Source: Bacteroidia bacterium
GTDB lineage: Bacteria > Bacteroidota > Ignavibacteria > SZUA-365
Reading direction: 5' to 3'
Assembly (NCBI GenBank): GCA_027493955.1
Contig: JAOSJT010000001.1
Span: forward strand, 4,056,003-4,120,002
DNA length: 64,000 nucleotides
Shown: positions 17,750-28,000 of the stretch, piece by piece
How the letters are laid out: each line of letters starts with the position of its first letter
Numbering within the stretch: the first letter of the stretch is position 1
Notes under the pieces: model-generated
Seen by the model: the letters and a program-made list of their open reading frames with translations, nothing else
Told to the model about the DNA's origin: nothing
Databases searched by the model: none
Position numbers and translations under genes: made by a program

Positions 17750-17843
17750 CTTTGCGTCTCTGCTTCTCTGCGACCTTGCGTTCCATTCCTCTGAAGTCAG
17801 AAGAGAATGCAACGCAAAGACGCCAAGGTGCAGAGACGCAAAG
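17750..17843. repeat. Isolated palindromic element related to the 117-bp repeat family
   Basis: Perfect 14-bp arms CTTTGCGTCTCTGC (17750-17763) and GCAGAGACGCAAAG (17830-17843), plus inner arms TTGCGTTCCATTC / GAATGCAACGCAA. The reverse complement of the right half matches the CTCTGCGTCTTTGCGCCTTGGCGTCTTTGCGTT segment of the 2706-3838 units at about 30 of 33 positions. Confidence 0.75.
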
Positions 17844-18482
17844 AATGTCTATTCACACGATCCCTGTCGTTTCGTGAAGGAATGGTCAGCCTTCGGCTGA
17901 TGCGCCTGAGGCAGACTGGTGAACACACTGTTAATGACAAATTGAAGACAGTACCTGTTCTCTACGTGCTTTACGGAAAGAATCATCCTTCGAGACGCCG
18001 CCATGCAAACGCAGTTCAATACGAACGATCAAGACGTGGCGGCTCCTGTTAATGACATCTGGAGGACCCAACCTACATACACCGAGAAATCCGAACGCCG
18101 CACTTCGACTCCGCACCGCGTGGACCTTGTTCTTCGATCCCAAATTTTGCTGCGGTGCTTCGCTCAGTGTGACGGTACTTGTGAATGCACGAAGAAGCTG
18201 ATGTCACCCACGAAATGGACCGGTGTATCCGCCTGAGGCGGATAGGTGGGCACACTCAGGATGACGAGCTTGGCTGGCACGCACTGGTCAAAGATGTCAC
18301 TTACGAAATGGACCGGTGTACGCGCCTGTAGAAACACTCAGGATGAGGGTGATCTGACTCAGGATGAGACTCCGTGTTCATGCAGCACAATGAAAACGGA
18401 ATGAAACCGAAAGCCGCATGCCATTGCGTTGAATCGCTACGCTTCGCACATTGAATCCACGTACTATTTTGTGGTTTGCCGT

Positions 18483-18686
18483 ATGGAAGAACATCCATTT
18501 TCCGAGCGTTTCGAGAAACTCGCCACAGCGACACGGTCGTTTGATATCGAATTTTGGCAGTCGCAGGGAAGTGAAGCGATCTTCAACGCCGCGATGGATA
18601 TGATTCGCGATTATTACTTGCTGAGAGGTGAGGATGCTGACGAGTTCAGAATTCAAAGAACTGTTGAGCATTTTTTCAGATCATAA
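18483..18686 (+). CDS. Small hypothetical protein (possible first gene of a two-gene nucleotidyltransferase-type cassette)
   Basis: 67 aa from ATG 18483 (MEEHPFSERFEKLATATRSFDIEFWQSQGSEAIFNAAMDMIRDYYLLRGEDADEFRIQRTVEHFFRS). Its composition looks protein-like, but I cannot name a family. Confidence 0.4.
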   Translation: MEEHPFSERFEKLATATRSFDIEFWQSQGSEAIFNAAMDMIRDYYLLRGEDADEFRIQRTVEHFFRS

Positions 18687-18804
18687 GGTATGCTTTCTCA
18701 TTGTCGGCGGATATGCCGTGATGAAGTACTCCGAACCTCGGCTCACGAAGAATCTGGATCTTTGTTTAGCAATGAGAGATCGCAGCGCTTATGTCCGCAC
18801 ATGA
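18634..18804 (+). pseudogene. Truncated nucleotidyltransferase-like ORF (56 codons, below the ORF-track cutoff)
   Basis: Hand translation: MLTSSEFKELLSIFSDHKVCFLIVGGYAVMKYSEPRLTKNLDLCLAMRDRSAYVRT*. The FLIVGGYAV...PR.T.DLDL pattern resembles the N-terminus of small nucleotidyltransferase-fold proteins. It stops about 100 aa short, abutting the next gene. Confidence 0.35.
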
Positions 18805-19309
18805 AAGCCCGCCATCACTGGAATTCGTTTTCCAGGCTTCTATCCTTCCCCTCGAAGGAGGCACGATCAATCATTGTCTTCCTCTGCCGGATCACGTCGG
18901 GGAAGCGTACCGCGCGGCCGGAGTGCGGCGGGTCATCGCCACGCTCAATGGCCATGCGTGCCGCCGGGCAATCATGAACAGGGCGGACGGCTCGCGCATG
19001 CTTGTGCTCGGCCTGCCGCTGCTCAAGGACATCGGCGCCGTGAGCGGCGATACCGTCTCCGTATACATCGAACCCGATCCCGATCCGGATTTTGTGGAGA
19101 TATGCGAAGAATTCGTAGAGGTGCTCGAGCAGGACGATGCCGCCGCCGCCCGCTTCTATTCCATGACGCGGGGTATGCAGCGCTCGCTCGCACTGTACGT
19201 CAACACGGCGAAACGTTCCGAAACCCGTATCAAGCGTGCGCTGGAACTCGCGCTGAAACTGCGCAGCAACACACTGCATGGCGATACGCAGAAAAATCGG
19301 GAAAAATAA
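18791..19309 (+). CDS. DUF1905 / YdeI (OmpD-associated) family protein
   Basis: 172 aa. An N-terminal DUF1905-like beta domain (LPLPDHVGEAYRAAGVRRVIATLNGH) is followed by a C-terminal YdeI-like helical part (FYSMTRGMQRSLALYVNTAKRSETRIKRA). Confidence 0.65.
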   Translation: MSAHESPPSLEFVFQASILPLEGGTINHCLPLPDHVGEAYRAAGVRRVIATLNGHACRRAIMNRADGSRMLVLGLPLLKDIGAVSGDTVSVYIEPDPDPDFVEICEEFVEVLEQDDAAAARFYSMTRGMQRSLALYVNTAKRSETRIKRALELALKLRSNTLHGDTQKNREK

Positions 19310-19619
19310 TTCGTCACGTCGGGTGTACGCTCTTCGGCGGAGGTTGCTCATGACATACTGGTGTCTGGACCTGTGAATTCCGTGAAGGACGAACGTTGCT
19401 CCTTCGACTCCGTGCCCGTGAACGTCCGTACATACATCACACATCCTGCTGCGGTCAGCCTCAGGCTGATCAGGATGACGGAATCTGCTTGCACCGCTCC
19501 ACACGCATGTCACATTCGATATTAACCGGTGTCCGCCTGGGTGGAATGGTTAGCTGACTCAGGGACCGCCCTTTTTCATTGGTTTGACATGCATTTGTAC
19601 CGCGGAGTATCTTGATTGG

Positions 19620-20957
19620 ATGAAGAAGCTGACCAATCTCCTGCCGCTTCGATACAAAGGTTTCATTCTTGCGGCTTCAGGTTTTGTTGCTTTGCTCTTG
19701 TTTACAGGAGCGATGTACGCGCTCTTTCGGGAGCAGGAACCCGTTACCCCTTCGGCTGCTCCGGTAGCGGCCGCTCCGGAACTGCCGCAGTTGGTGGAGG
19801 ATCCCGCCGCCCATGGCCTGACGGAAATCAACGGGAGAATCGGAACAGGTCAACCGTTCATTACCGCCCTGCTCGACGCGGGTCTCGACCGGGCGCTGTG
19901 CGACACGGTGCAGAAGCATCTCGAAGGCGCGGCGTTCAATTTCCGTCAGTGTATGCCGGGACAGGCGTTCACGGCTCAGGTGGATTCCGCCGGAGCTCTG
20001 CGCGCATTTCGCTATGAGGTGGGAAAGCTGCTCAGCTACTGGATTGTCCGCGACAATGCGGGCACCCTCTCCGCCAGCCGATGGGAAACTCCTGTAGAGA
20101 CGCAGCTCGTTGCGATAGAAGGCGATATCCATACCTCCGTGTATCACACCATTCTCTCCATGGGAGAAAAACCGCAGCTTGTCGCGGATTACGCCGATGT
20201 GCTGGGCTATGACATAGACTTCATTTTCGATCCGCGCGTGGGTGACCGTTTCAGTGTACTCGTTGAAAAGGAATTGCTCGACGGGGAGATCGTGGGCTAC
20301 GGCCGCATACTCGCCGCGAGCTACAACGGCGAGATAACAGGGGAGGTACGGGGGTACTATTTCAATGCCGACAGCACGCTCGAGGGCTGGTTCGCACCCG
20401 ATGGCGAGAACCTCCAGAAGGCCTTCATGCGAAGTCCGCTCAGTATTCTTCGCGTAACCAGCAGCTTCGGTATGCGCACGCACCCCATTTCCGGGCGCAG
20501 GAAAATGCATACCGGCATCGATTACGCAGCTCCGACCGGCACGCCGGTGTGGTCGGTGGGCTCGGGAACCGTGGTCTTTACCGGCTGGAAAGGCGGCTAT
20601 GGCAAAACGATCGAAGTGAAGCATGCGGGAGGCGTTAAAACCCGCTACGGACATCTCTCGCGCATCAACGTGAAAGTCGGCCAGCGTGTGCGTCAGCATC
20701 AGACCATCGGCGCCGTCGGGAGCACCGGATACTCCACCGGCCCGCATCTGCACTTCGAGTATCTCGTGGGAGGTCAGTTCGTGCCGCCGCGCAAAGTGAA
20801 GAATCCGTCGCTCAAGCGCCTCCCCGCCGAACGCATGACCGCGTTTTCGGAGCACATGCGCCAGGTGGACAGTCTCTGGAATGCCGCGCACAAGGTCAGC
20901 TCCCGTGATCGCCGCATAGCTGTGGCGGGCGCGTCCGTTTCATCACGGCGCGGCTGA
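19620..20957 (+). CDS. M23 family (LytM-type) metallopeptidase
   Basis: Start at ATG 19620 (MKKLTNLLPL...TM). Catalytic motifs are HTGIDYAAPTGTPV and GSTGYSTGPHLHFEY. Confidence 0.9.
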   Translation: MKKLTNLLPLRYKGFILAASGFVALLLFTGAMYALFREQEPVTPSAAPVAAAPELPQLVEDPAAHGLTEINGRIGTGQPFITALLDAGLDRALCDTVQKHLEGAAFNFRQCMPGQAFTAQVDSAGALRAFRYEVGKLLSYWIVRDNAGTLSASRWETPVETQLVAIEGDIHTSVYHTILSMGEKPQLVADYADVLGYDIDFIFDPRVGDRFSVLVEKELLDGEIVGYGRILAASYNGEITGEVRGYYFNADSTLEGWFAPDGENLQKAFMRSPLSILRVTSSFGMRTHPISGRRKMHTGIDYAAPTGTPVWSVGSGTVVFTGWKGGYGKTIEVKHAGGVKTRYGHLSRINVKVGQRVRQHQTIGAVGSTGYSTGPHLHFEYLVGGQFVPPRKVKNPSLKRLPAERMTAFSEHMRQVDSLWNAAHKVSSRDRRIAVAGASVSSRRG

Positions 20958-21165
20958 CGCTCCGGTTTCAGGCGTGTCGCACTCTCCCCCCGATACAGTC
21001 TCCGGATACACTTGCGTGGATACGCAGGGAAGCCGAGGCCGTATACGCAACATCGGCGGATGCGCGCCGTATCAGCACTATTGCGATCCTCCTTCGCATG
21101 TTTTCGGTTTTCCAACTCCAGGTTTCGTTTCCCACATTCTCGTCTCACGCACTTGAGGACAAGCC

Positions 21166-23106
21166 ATGAAGCTCCGATACCTCTTCATCATTGCCTTTCT
21201 GCTCCCCTTCGTTTCCCATGCGCAAATCACACCTGGCGACAATCTGGAAGTGCGCGGTGTTCCCCCCATACCGAAAGCGCTCGTTGAGCGGACGCTTCAA
21301 TATCAGAACGTCCGCGCCGCATCGGTGTCCGACTGGGACGCCTCGGGCAAAGGCCTGTACATCAGCACGCGCTTCGGCAATACCGCGCAGGTGCATCATG
21401 TGGCCGCACCAGGGGCCGCGCGAAGGCAGATTACGTTTTTCGAGGAGCCGGTTGGCGGACTCAGCGTGGACAGACGCAAGGGTCGGCAGGGTTTTACGTT
21501 TACCCGTGACATCGGTGGCGGAGAATTCTATCAGATTTACTATTTCGATCAGCAGACCGGGACGGCGGCACTGCTCACGGACGGAAAGAGCAGGAATTCC
21601 GGTGCGTACTGGACCAAAGCGGGCGACAAGTTCTGTTACGCCAGCAATCGTCGTAACGGCAAGGATACCGATGTGTGGATCATGGATCCGGAAGAGCGCG
21701 ACAAGACCTGGGTGCTGACCGAACGTGAGGGCTCCTGGTATCCCTCGGCCTGGTCGCCCGACGGCAGGCAGCTCGTGGTGACGCAGTATGTATCGGCGAA
21801 TAAAAGTCTTCCTTACATCGTCGATCTCGCGACAAAGAACATGACCCCGTTGTTCCGGGAAAATGACGGCGATGTCTCCTACAGTGATTTCAACTGGGCG
21901 CCCAATGGTACAACGATATACTTCACGGCGGACATCGAACGTGAATTTCAGACGCTCTATGCGTACGATGTTGCGAAGCGCAGCACCCGTTGCGTACTTC
22001 CGGAATTGCAATGGAATATTGAACGAGTTTCTCTTTCGGACGATGGCGCCTACATGGCATTCACGCTCAACGAAGACGGCATCAGTACCTTGCGCATTGT
22101 GCGTCTTCCCTCGATGAAAGCTGTGAAAACCGCGCCGTTACCTGTCGGATTGATTGGCGGACTCGATTTCTCTCCGGACAGCAAGCGTCTCGCCCTCAGC
22201 ATCAGCGCGGCGAACAGTCCCACGGATGTGTATGTACTTTCTCTTCCCAAAGGCAATCTCACCCGCTGGACCTTCAGCGAAGTCGGCGGCTTGAATACGG
22301 AGAATTTTGTCGTCCCGAAGCTGATTCACTATCCGACCTTTGACAAGGTGGACGGGAAGCCCCGGCTGATCCCCGCCTTCGTGTCCATGCCGAAGGAGGC
22401 AAAGGGCAAGATGCCTGTGATCATCGATATTCACGGTGGTCCCGAAGGGCAGTCGCGACCTTCTTTCTCAACCACAGAGCAGTACTGGGTCAATGAGCTG
22501 GGCTGCGTCGTGATCAGTCCGAATGTGCGCGGCTCGACGGGCTATGGCAAAACGTATCTCGCGCTGGACAATGGTTTCAACCGCGAGCATTCAGTGCAGG
22601 ACATCGGTGCGCTGCTGGATTGGATCGCAACGCAACCGGAGCTGGACAAGGACAGAGTCGCGGTGCTGGGCGGATCGTATGGAGGCTACATGGTGCTCGC
22701 CGCGCTGACGACGTATCCCGACCGCATCAAATGCGGCGTGGATGTGGTGGGCATTTCCAATTTTGTCACCTTCCTCGAAAACACGCAGAGTTATCGCCGC
22801 GACCTCCGGCGCGTGGAGTACGGCGACGAGCGCGACCCGGCCATGCGGGAGTTTCTGCTCCGTATTTCACCGACCACCAATGCCGGAAAGATTCGTTCGC
22901 CGCTGTTCGTGGCTCAGGGCGAGAACGATCCCCGCGTTCCCGCCAGTGAAGCGCGGCAGATCATCAATGCCGTGCAGGCGAATGGCGTGCCGGTCTGGAG
23001 TCTCTTCGCCAAGGACGAAGGGCATGGCTTCTCGAAGAAGAACAATCGCGACTACTTCACCTGGGCGACGATACTGTTCTTTGAGGAATTTCTTTTGAAG
23101 AACTGA
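21166..23106 (+). CDS. S9 family serine peptidase (prolyl oligopeptidase/acylaminoacyl-peptidase type) with an N-terminal beta-propeller
   Basis: 646 aa with a signal peptide, TolB-like propeller repeats, the nucleophile elbow GGSYGGYM, and a C-terminal ...GENDPRVP...DEGHGF triad context. Confidence 0.9.
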   Translation: MKLRYLFIIAFLLPFVSHAQITPGDNLEVRGVPPIPKALVERTLQYQNVRAASVSDWDASGKGLYISTRFGNTAQVHHVAAPGAARRQITFFEEPVGGLSVDRRKGRQGFTFTRDIGGGEFYQIYYFDQQTGTAALLTDGKSRNSGAYWTKAGDKFCYASNRRNGKDTDVWIMDPEERDKTWVLTEREGSWYPSAWSPDGRQLVVTQYVSANKSLPYIVDLATKNMTPLFRENDGDVSYSDFNWAPNGTTIYFTADIEREFQTLYAYDVAKRSTRCVLPELQWNIERVSLSDDGAYMAFTLNEDGISTLRIVRLPSMKAVKTAPLPVGLIGGLDFSPDSKRLALSISAANSPTDVYVLSLPKGNLTRWTFSEVGGLNTENFVVPKLIHYPTFDKVDGKPRLIPAFVSMPKEAKGKMPVIIDIHGGPEGQSRPSFSTTEQYWVNELGCVVISPNVRGSTGYGKTYLALDNGFNREHSVQDIGALLDWIATQPELDKDRVAVLGGSYGGYMVLAALTTYPDRIKCGVDVVGISNFVTFLENTQSYRRDLRRVEYGDERDPAMREFLLRISPTTNAGKIRSPLFVAQGENDPRVPASEARQIINAVQANGVPVWSLFAKDEGHGFSKKNNRDYFTWATILFFEEFLLKN

Positions 23107-23221
23107 AACGTTAAACGTTAAAGGTTACACGTTAAACGACAGGAAGGACTGAATAAGCGGCCATCATGCGGGCACGGTGAGGAGGGCTTGTGCGTTTGCC
23201 GGAGATTCAGGAAGTTCCGGT

Positions 23222-23542
23222 ATGGAAAATGAACGCAGTCTGATACGGGCAGCCGGGACAGTCATCGCCGAGCGCTTCGGTATGGAAACGGCGATGGATG
23301 CGTCGTCGGAGGACATGTCCGCCTTTCGCGATGCGTTGATCGCGCGCATTCAGTGGTTACTGGATACGCAGCTCGAGCGGCTGATGCACATCCTGTATCG
23401 CGTCGATGTTGACGAACATGCCGTTCAGCGCATTTTCCGGACCTCGCCGGTCCAGGACATCGCGACGACTCTTGCGGACCTGATCATCGAGCGGCAGTTG
23501 GAAAAGGCCCGAACACGGGCGCGGTACGCCTCGGGACGCTGA
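23222..23542 (+). CDS. Hypothetical protein
   Basis: 106 aa from ATG 23222 (MENERSLIRAAG...). A clear intrinsic terminator follows it. I recognised no family. Confidence 0.45.
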   Translation: MENERSLIRAAGTVIAERFGMETAMDASSEDMSAFRDALIARIQWLLDTQLERLMHILYRVDVDEHAVQRIFRTSPVQDIATTLADLIIERQLEKARTRARYASGR

Positions 23543-23574
23543 ACACTCCCGCGACGGGCACTGGAAATACAATC

Positions 23575-23609
23575 GGGTGAAGATGCCGTACATCTTCACC
23601 CGATTTTTG
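23575..23609 (+). terminator. Rho-independent terminator
   Basis: GGGTGAAGATG-CCGTA-CATCTTCACCC followed by GATTTTTG. It sits between the convergent genes ending at 23542 (+) and 23635 (-). Confidence 0.8.
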
Positions 23610-23634
23610 TGTTCATTCCAAACTCTTTAAGCTG

Positions 23635-24150
23635 CTACTGAATCTGTCCCCGGATTTCTCCTGCGGGATTGGCCGTCGTATGCACATTGACATAGGTGTT
23701 ACCTGCGGCCATTGCGCTGACAAGGTTGGCAATCGAGGATCCGAGCATTGGACCGACGAGGTTGGATGCTGTGATAGTCCCTGAAGCCAGAATGCCGTTC
23801 ACCGGCCCGGCGGGTGCCGCCGCCGGGGGGCTGGAAGGATAGAGCCATACAACAACGGGCCCATTGAGGCCTGCGGGAGCAAGATGGATATGTGCCTGGG
23901 TGACATTCACGATGTTTGCGACAATCAGCTGATAGCTGATGGACATGCCATCTGCGCTGACGCGAAAGATGGCCTGCCCCGTCGCGGAGTTGGTTGGACC
24001 ACTCAGGTGCGACACGAAGACGGATGTCTGCTTCTGCAATCCTCCGTTCTCCGGGGCAGCTTGTGATTCGGGTGCTGCGGGTTCGTCGCTGCAAGACGAT
24101 ATCGCCAGCATGAGAGCGAGCGAGAGCATGAGTTGAGGGATGCGCTTCAT
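23635..24150 (-). CDS. CHRD domain-containing lipoprotein
   Basis: 171 aa with a lipobox (LAISSCS) and CHRD-like motifs (VTQAHIHLAPAGLNGPVVVWLY ... YVNVHTTANPAGEIRGQI). Confidence 0.7.
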   Translation of the reverse strand: MKRIPQLMLSLALMLAISSCSDEPAAPESQAAPENGGLQKQTSVFVSHLSGPTNSATGQAIFRVSADGMSISYQLIVANIVNVTQAHIHLAPAGLNGPVVVWLYPSSPPAAAPAGPVNGILASGTITASNLVGPMLGSSIANLVSAMAAGNTYVNVHTTANPAGEIRGQIQ

Positions 24151-24352
24151 ATCTATACCTCCAAACGAATTTGACAGAATGCACTGTCACCACCGTCTGG
24201 TATTTCCAGGGTGGTGTCACAAGGACTCGTTGTTCCGCTGTCCTGTTGCAAGCATTGGAAGCCCGGAGTTGCCGACTTTCGTCGTCACGACCACGCCGTG
24301 TCTGTTTGCGTACGGGAGTGGGGTGAACATACTACAGAATGTGCAATCCCTC

Positions 24353-24368
24353 TGTGACCCAGGTCACA
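24353..24368. promoter_or_regulatory. Perfect CRP/FNR-type palindrome TGTGA-N6-TCACA
   Basis: TGTGACCCAGGTCACA, extended to the 8-2-8 palindrome CTGTGACC-CA-GGTCACAG. It lies ~200 bp upstream of the CHRD gene start, in a 510-bp intergenic region. Confidence 0.4.
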
Positions 24369-24660
24369 GAAGGGGAAGAAAGATGCGTGTGGCATCATAC
24401 ACCGTAAAAATCGCCGTAATTGCGACGGGAGACATTGCTGCAGCACTTCGCTTTCAGGAAATGACGAAATGGTGGCGGCAGATGGGTGCCAGGATGCACA
24501 GTGAGGAATGATGACGATCCCGTTCGTCAACTTCATACGGAGGAGTGATTTTCAAAGTCAGGGCGGGAAAAAACACAACAGAGACTGCACCGCAACGCGG
24601 CCGGGAGCCGACGTCTTCGTCTTCGTCCAGGGAAGGCTGACTCTATGGTCGGACACGGAT

Positions 24661-24966
24661 TCAGGTCGCGGCGATTTTCTCCTCTACCGATCTGACTTTA
24701 TCCGCCATGGACTGTTCGCGGTCGGTGCGGGTGCCGTATTTGAGCATGCAGGAGATGCGCGGCGCTCCCATTTCATGCACCACTTCCTGACATCGTTTGA
24801 TCGCGGCGAACACCGCATCCCATTCCCCTTCGATATTGGTGCCGTAGGCGTGGAGCTGAATGGTCAGGCCCGCGTCGCGTAAAATGCGTTCGCATTCCGC
24901 GATATACTTTGAGACGGAGAGTCCCACACCGATGGGGACTACTGTAAAATCAGCTATGACGTGCAT
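24661..24966 (-). CDS. MTH1187/YkoF-like (DUF77) thiamine-binding family protein
   Basis: Start at the internal ATG 24966 (MHVIADFTVVPIGVGLSVSKYIAECERILRDAGL...HAYGTNIEGEW), about 101 aa, typical of this family. Confidence 0.75.
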   Translation of the reverse strand: MHVIADFTVVPIGVGLSVSKYIAECERILRDAGLTIQLHAYGTNIEGEWDAVFAAIKRCQEVVHEMGAPRISCMLKYGTRTDREQSMADKVRSVEEKIAAT

Positions 24967-25078
24967 GATGGTGTTCCGTTTCCTTAATGTTCTGTGTGCT
25001 GACTCGTACAGGCGTAGCTTCCGGCGATGATCGTATTCGTGCGGCCGGAGTGATTTGCGGCGTACGCGGTTGTACGTG

Positions 25079-28000
25079 TCACTGCTCGGCACTCACCTTT
25101 TCGAAGTACTTCCGTATCAGCGTTTCGTAGTCCCGACTGTACCCTTCGTTGACGGCGCGTTGGAGATCGCGCTGCAATCCTTTTTCCGGATTCAGTTGCG
25201 ACGGGTCGATTTGTCCGGGACCGCGGCGTGCCACATCCTGTCCTGTCCGCGAACGACGCTGTTTCTCCCAGTCGCGCTCGCGCGTCGAGCGCGATGCGTC
25301 GAGCAGGCGGGAGAGAATGCGTTCCTGTTTCTGTATGGTGTTGGGGTTGACATTGTTCTGCTGCATGTCGTGCACAACTTCCTGCATTTCCTGGGCGACG
25401 CGTTCCAGATCGCCAAGAATGCGTTTTCCTTCCTCGCTCTTTTTGGCTTCCTTGTTCAGTTCTTCAACCGTTTTCTGCACCGCTTGCTGTTGCACCATCA
25501 GCCGCTGCATCTGCTGCATTTGCTGTTGCGACATGCCGCCCTGCTGAGGCATGGGCATGCCCTGATTGATGCTCATCTGCTGTTGCGCGGCCTGGCGGAG
25601 TTGCTGCATCATCGAACCGCCCTGAGAGCTTCCGGATTGCGACGACGACTGCATGCCCTTGGAGATTTGGCGTGCGGCTTCGTTCAGTTCCGCCATGGCG
25701 CCGCCCTGCTGCTGTCCTCCGGAGCGCTTGTCACGATTCTGCATGCTTTGCATGGCTTGCTTCATTTGCTGCATCGCCTTGCCCAGGTGTTCGGCCATTT
25801 GCTGATTGACGGCGAAGGTTTTTTTCGCAAGTTCCATCAGTTCATTGCCGGTCTGGTCGAGTTGCTCCATGAGCTGGGACTGTTCGCGCAGCGCTTCGCG
25901 GTATTGCGGGGAATTTTCCGGGAGGTTCGCGACGCGGTTTTTCAGATCCTCCTGTTTCTTGGAGAGTTCCAGCGTTTCCTTGAGCGCCTTCTGGAAGCCG
26001 CGCTGTACCATTTTCTGCATTTCGCTGTTCATCTTCTTCTTCACCTGGTCCATCTTTTTCTGAACCTTGCGAAGCTGCTCGGCGGTCTGCTTCTGCTGTT
26101 TGGATGCGCCCTGACAATTGCCGCCCTGGCACATGCTTGCGGAATTGCTCATCTGCTGCTGCATCTGCGACAGATTCATTTCGCTTTGGGCATCCTGCAT
26201 CTCGTTGAGCGGCATTTCCTGCGGGAATTCCTCCATCTTTTTCTGCAGCTCGGCCATCTCGCGCTGCATGGCGTCCATTTCCTTCTGCAGCTCGCGCTGT
26301 TCCTGCGCGAGTTTGTCGAGCTCCTGCTGATTGGACGGATCCGCCTTTTCGGTACGGTTGGCAAGGTCTTCCTGCTTGTCGGCGAGATCCTTGGACCGCT
26401 TGGTCAGTTCATCCACTTTTTGTTCGATCTGCAGACGTTTGAGCAAGTCGATAGTGCGGTCGATGCTGCGGCGGAAATTCTCTTCATTGAAGGTGAATTT
26501 TTCCATCGCCTCGCGCATTTGCTCCGGGGTCATTTGCTTCATCAACTCGTTCATGCGTTTCATATTTTCTCGGAGTTCCGGAGCGTCCACCTCGCGCATG
26601 AGCTGTTCGAGTTCTTCGTACTTCTTGAGCGTCTCTTCGGAGAGGATGTTTTGCTTCTGCATATCCTGCTTGAGTTCGCTCATTTGCTCATTGACTTTCT
26701 GCACTTCCTTGAGCATCTGTTCCTGGCGTTGCATCAGCTCTTCGACTTTTTTCTGCTGCTGCCAGCTCAGTTTTTCCGCGTTCTGCTGCTTGAGCTCCTG
26801 CTGGAGTTTCTCCATTTCGCTCTGTACTTCCTGCGCCGCCTTCGCGGTTTCCTGCAAATCTTCGATGGCCTTGTTCTGCTCGCTGTCGGCACGCGCAAAG
26901 ACTTCCTCCAGCGAGGGCAGCCGCAGAGAGTAAACCTGACTGCGTCCGACCTTGGGCCCGTTGACATTGTCGTTGTCGTAGATTTCCACATAATAGCTCA
27001 CGACGTCTTCCGGTACGAGACTCAAAGACGTCAGATTCCAGATATACGGCACCTGCATATCCAGTTCTCTCGCGGACGGGAGCGGAATCGGTATGCTTGT
27101 GTATTCTTCCTGCGGCCGTTCGTAGCGTGAGGCGGCGAGTCGGTATTTCAGGACAAGTTTCGAGAAGCCGTAATCATCACCGATGCGCATGGCCATACGA
27201 AGGCGCATGCTTTCATCTATGTTCACATTGGCACCCGGCTCGAGGATCTCGACAGTCGGGGGGGCATCGGTGGTGACCTTTATCATGTACTCGATGGGGC
27301 TGGCATTGGGGATTCCGCCTTCGTCCATGAGCCGCACGTGCCAGGAATTATCCTTACGCAGCGTAAACTCTCCTGCCGCTCTGCTGCCCTGAGCCCGCAC
27401 CGGTACCTCGCTGCTATCTGCGAACACCAGGGCGGCCTGGCGCACTTCCTTGTTCAGCGCCATTTCCACCGAAACTTTCGTTCCGGGTAATCCGGTGATA
27501 TCCCCGACGTTTTCATCGAGGTATTTCGGCGGGATACGCGTATATGACGGGAAGGTCAGCTTCACCCGCAGGGAGCGCACGAACGGGCGATCCACCACAT
27601 TGATCGAGAATTGGCGGCTTCGGTAGCCCGCGGCTTCCGCATAGTAGGTCAGCGAACTGCGAAGGCCTTCGATGACGTAGACGGAGCGTCCGCTGCTGTC
27701 GCGCAGCGCGGCGACCTGATCGAAGGTTTCCTGTCCCTCCTGACGAAGATAGAAGCTGATTTCCTGACGGTTCGGCGAAGTTGTTGTGGCGGTAAGCTCG
27801 ATGCGTTCACCCTTGACGGCATCCATGTCGCCGGGCGTCACACGGAATTCGAAGGGAGCGGGTGGGGCGAAGTCCGTACGGAATTGCAGGATGCGACCTG
27901 CGGCCGTGAACAGGGAGGATGGCAACAGAAGGGCGAACGCGATACAGAAAAGCAGCACTCCCGCGCTCATTCGCAGCGCGGTGCGAAGAGGTTTGGTGTC

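Noticed and set aside
19677-22011. Minus-strand ORFs 19677..20891 (404 aa) and 21145..22011 (288 aa)
   Set aside because: They are antisense to the M23 peptidase and S9 peptidase genes, both of which have catalytic motifs. The antisense products have no motifs and an Arg/His-rich composition.
24967-25078. TPP riboswitch upstream of the YkoF/MTH1187-like thiamine-binding gene
   Set aside because: The 112-nt leader lacks the CUGAGA and ACCUGAUCUGGAUAAUGCCAGCG-like conserved segments. The gene more likely continues the DUF4175 transcript.
25055-27130. 691-aa plus-strand ORF (Leu/His/Phe-rich)
   Set aside because: It is the antisense shadow of the coiled-coil half of the DUF4175-like gene. The E/K/Q-rich codons read in reverse give L/F/H strings, and there are no domain-like features.
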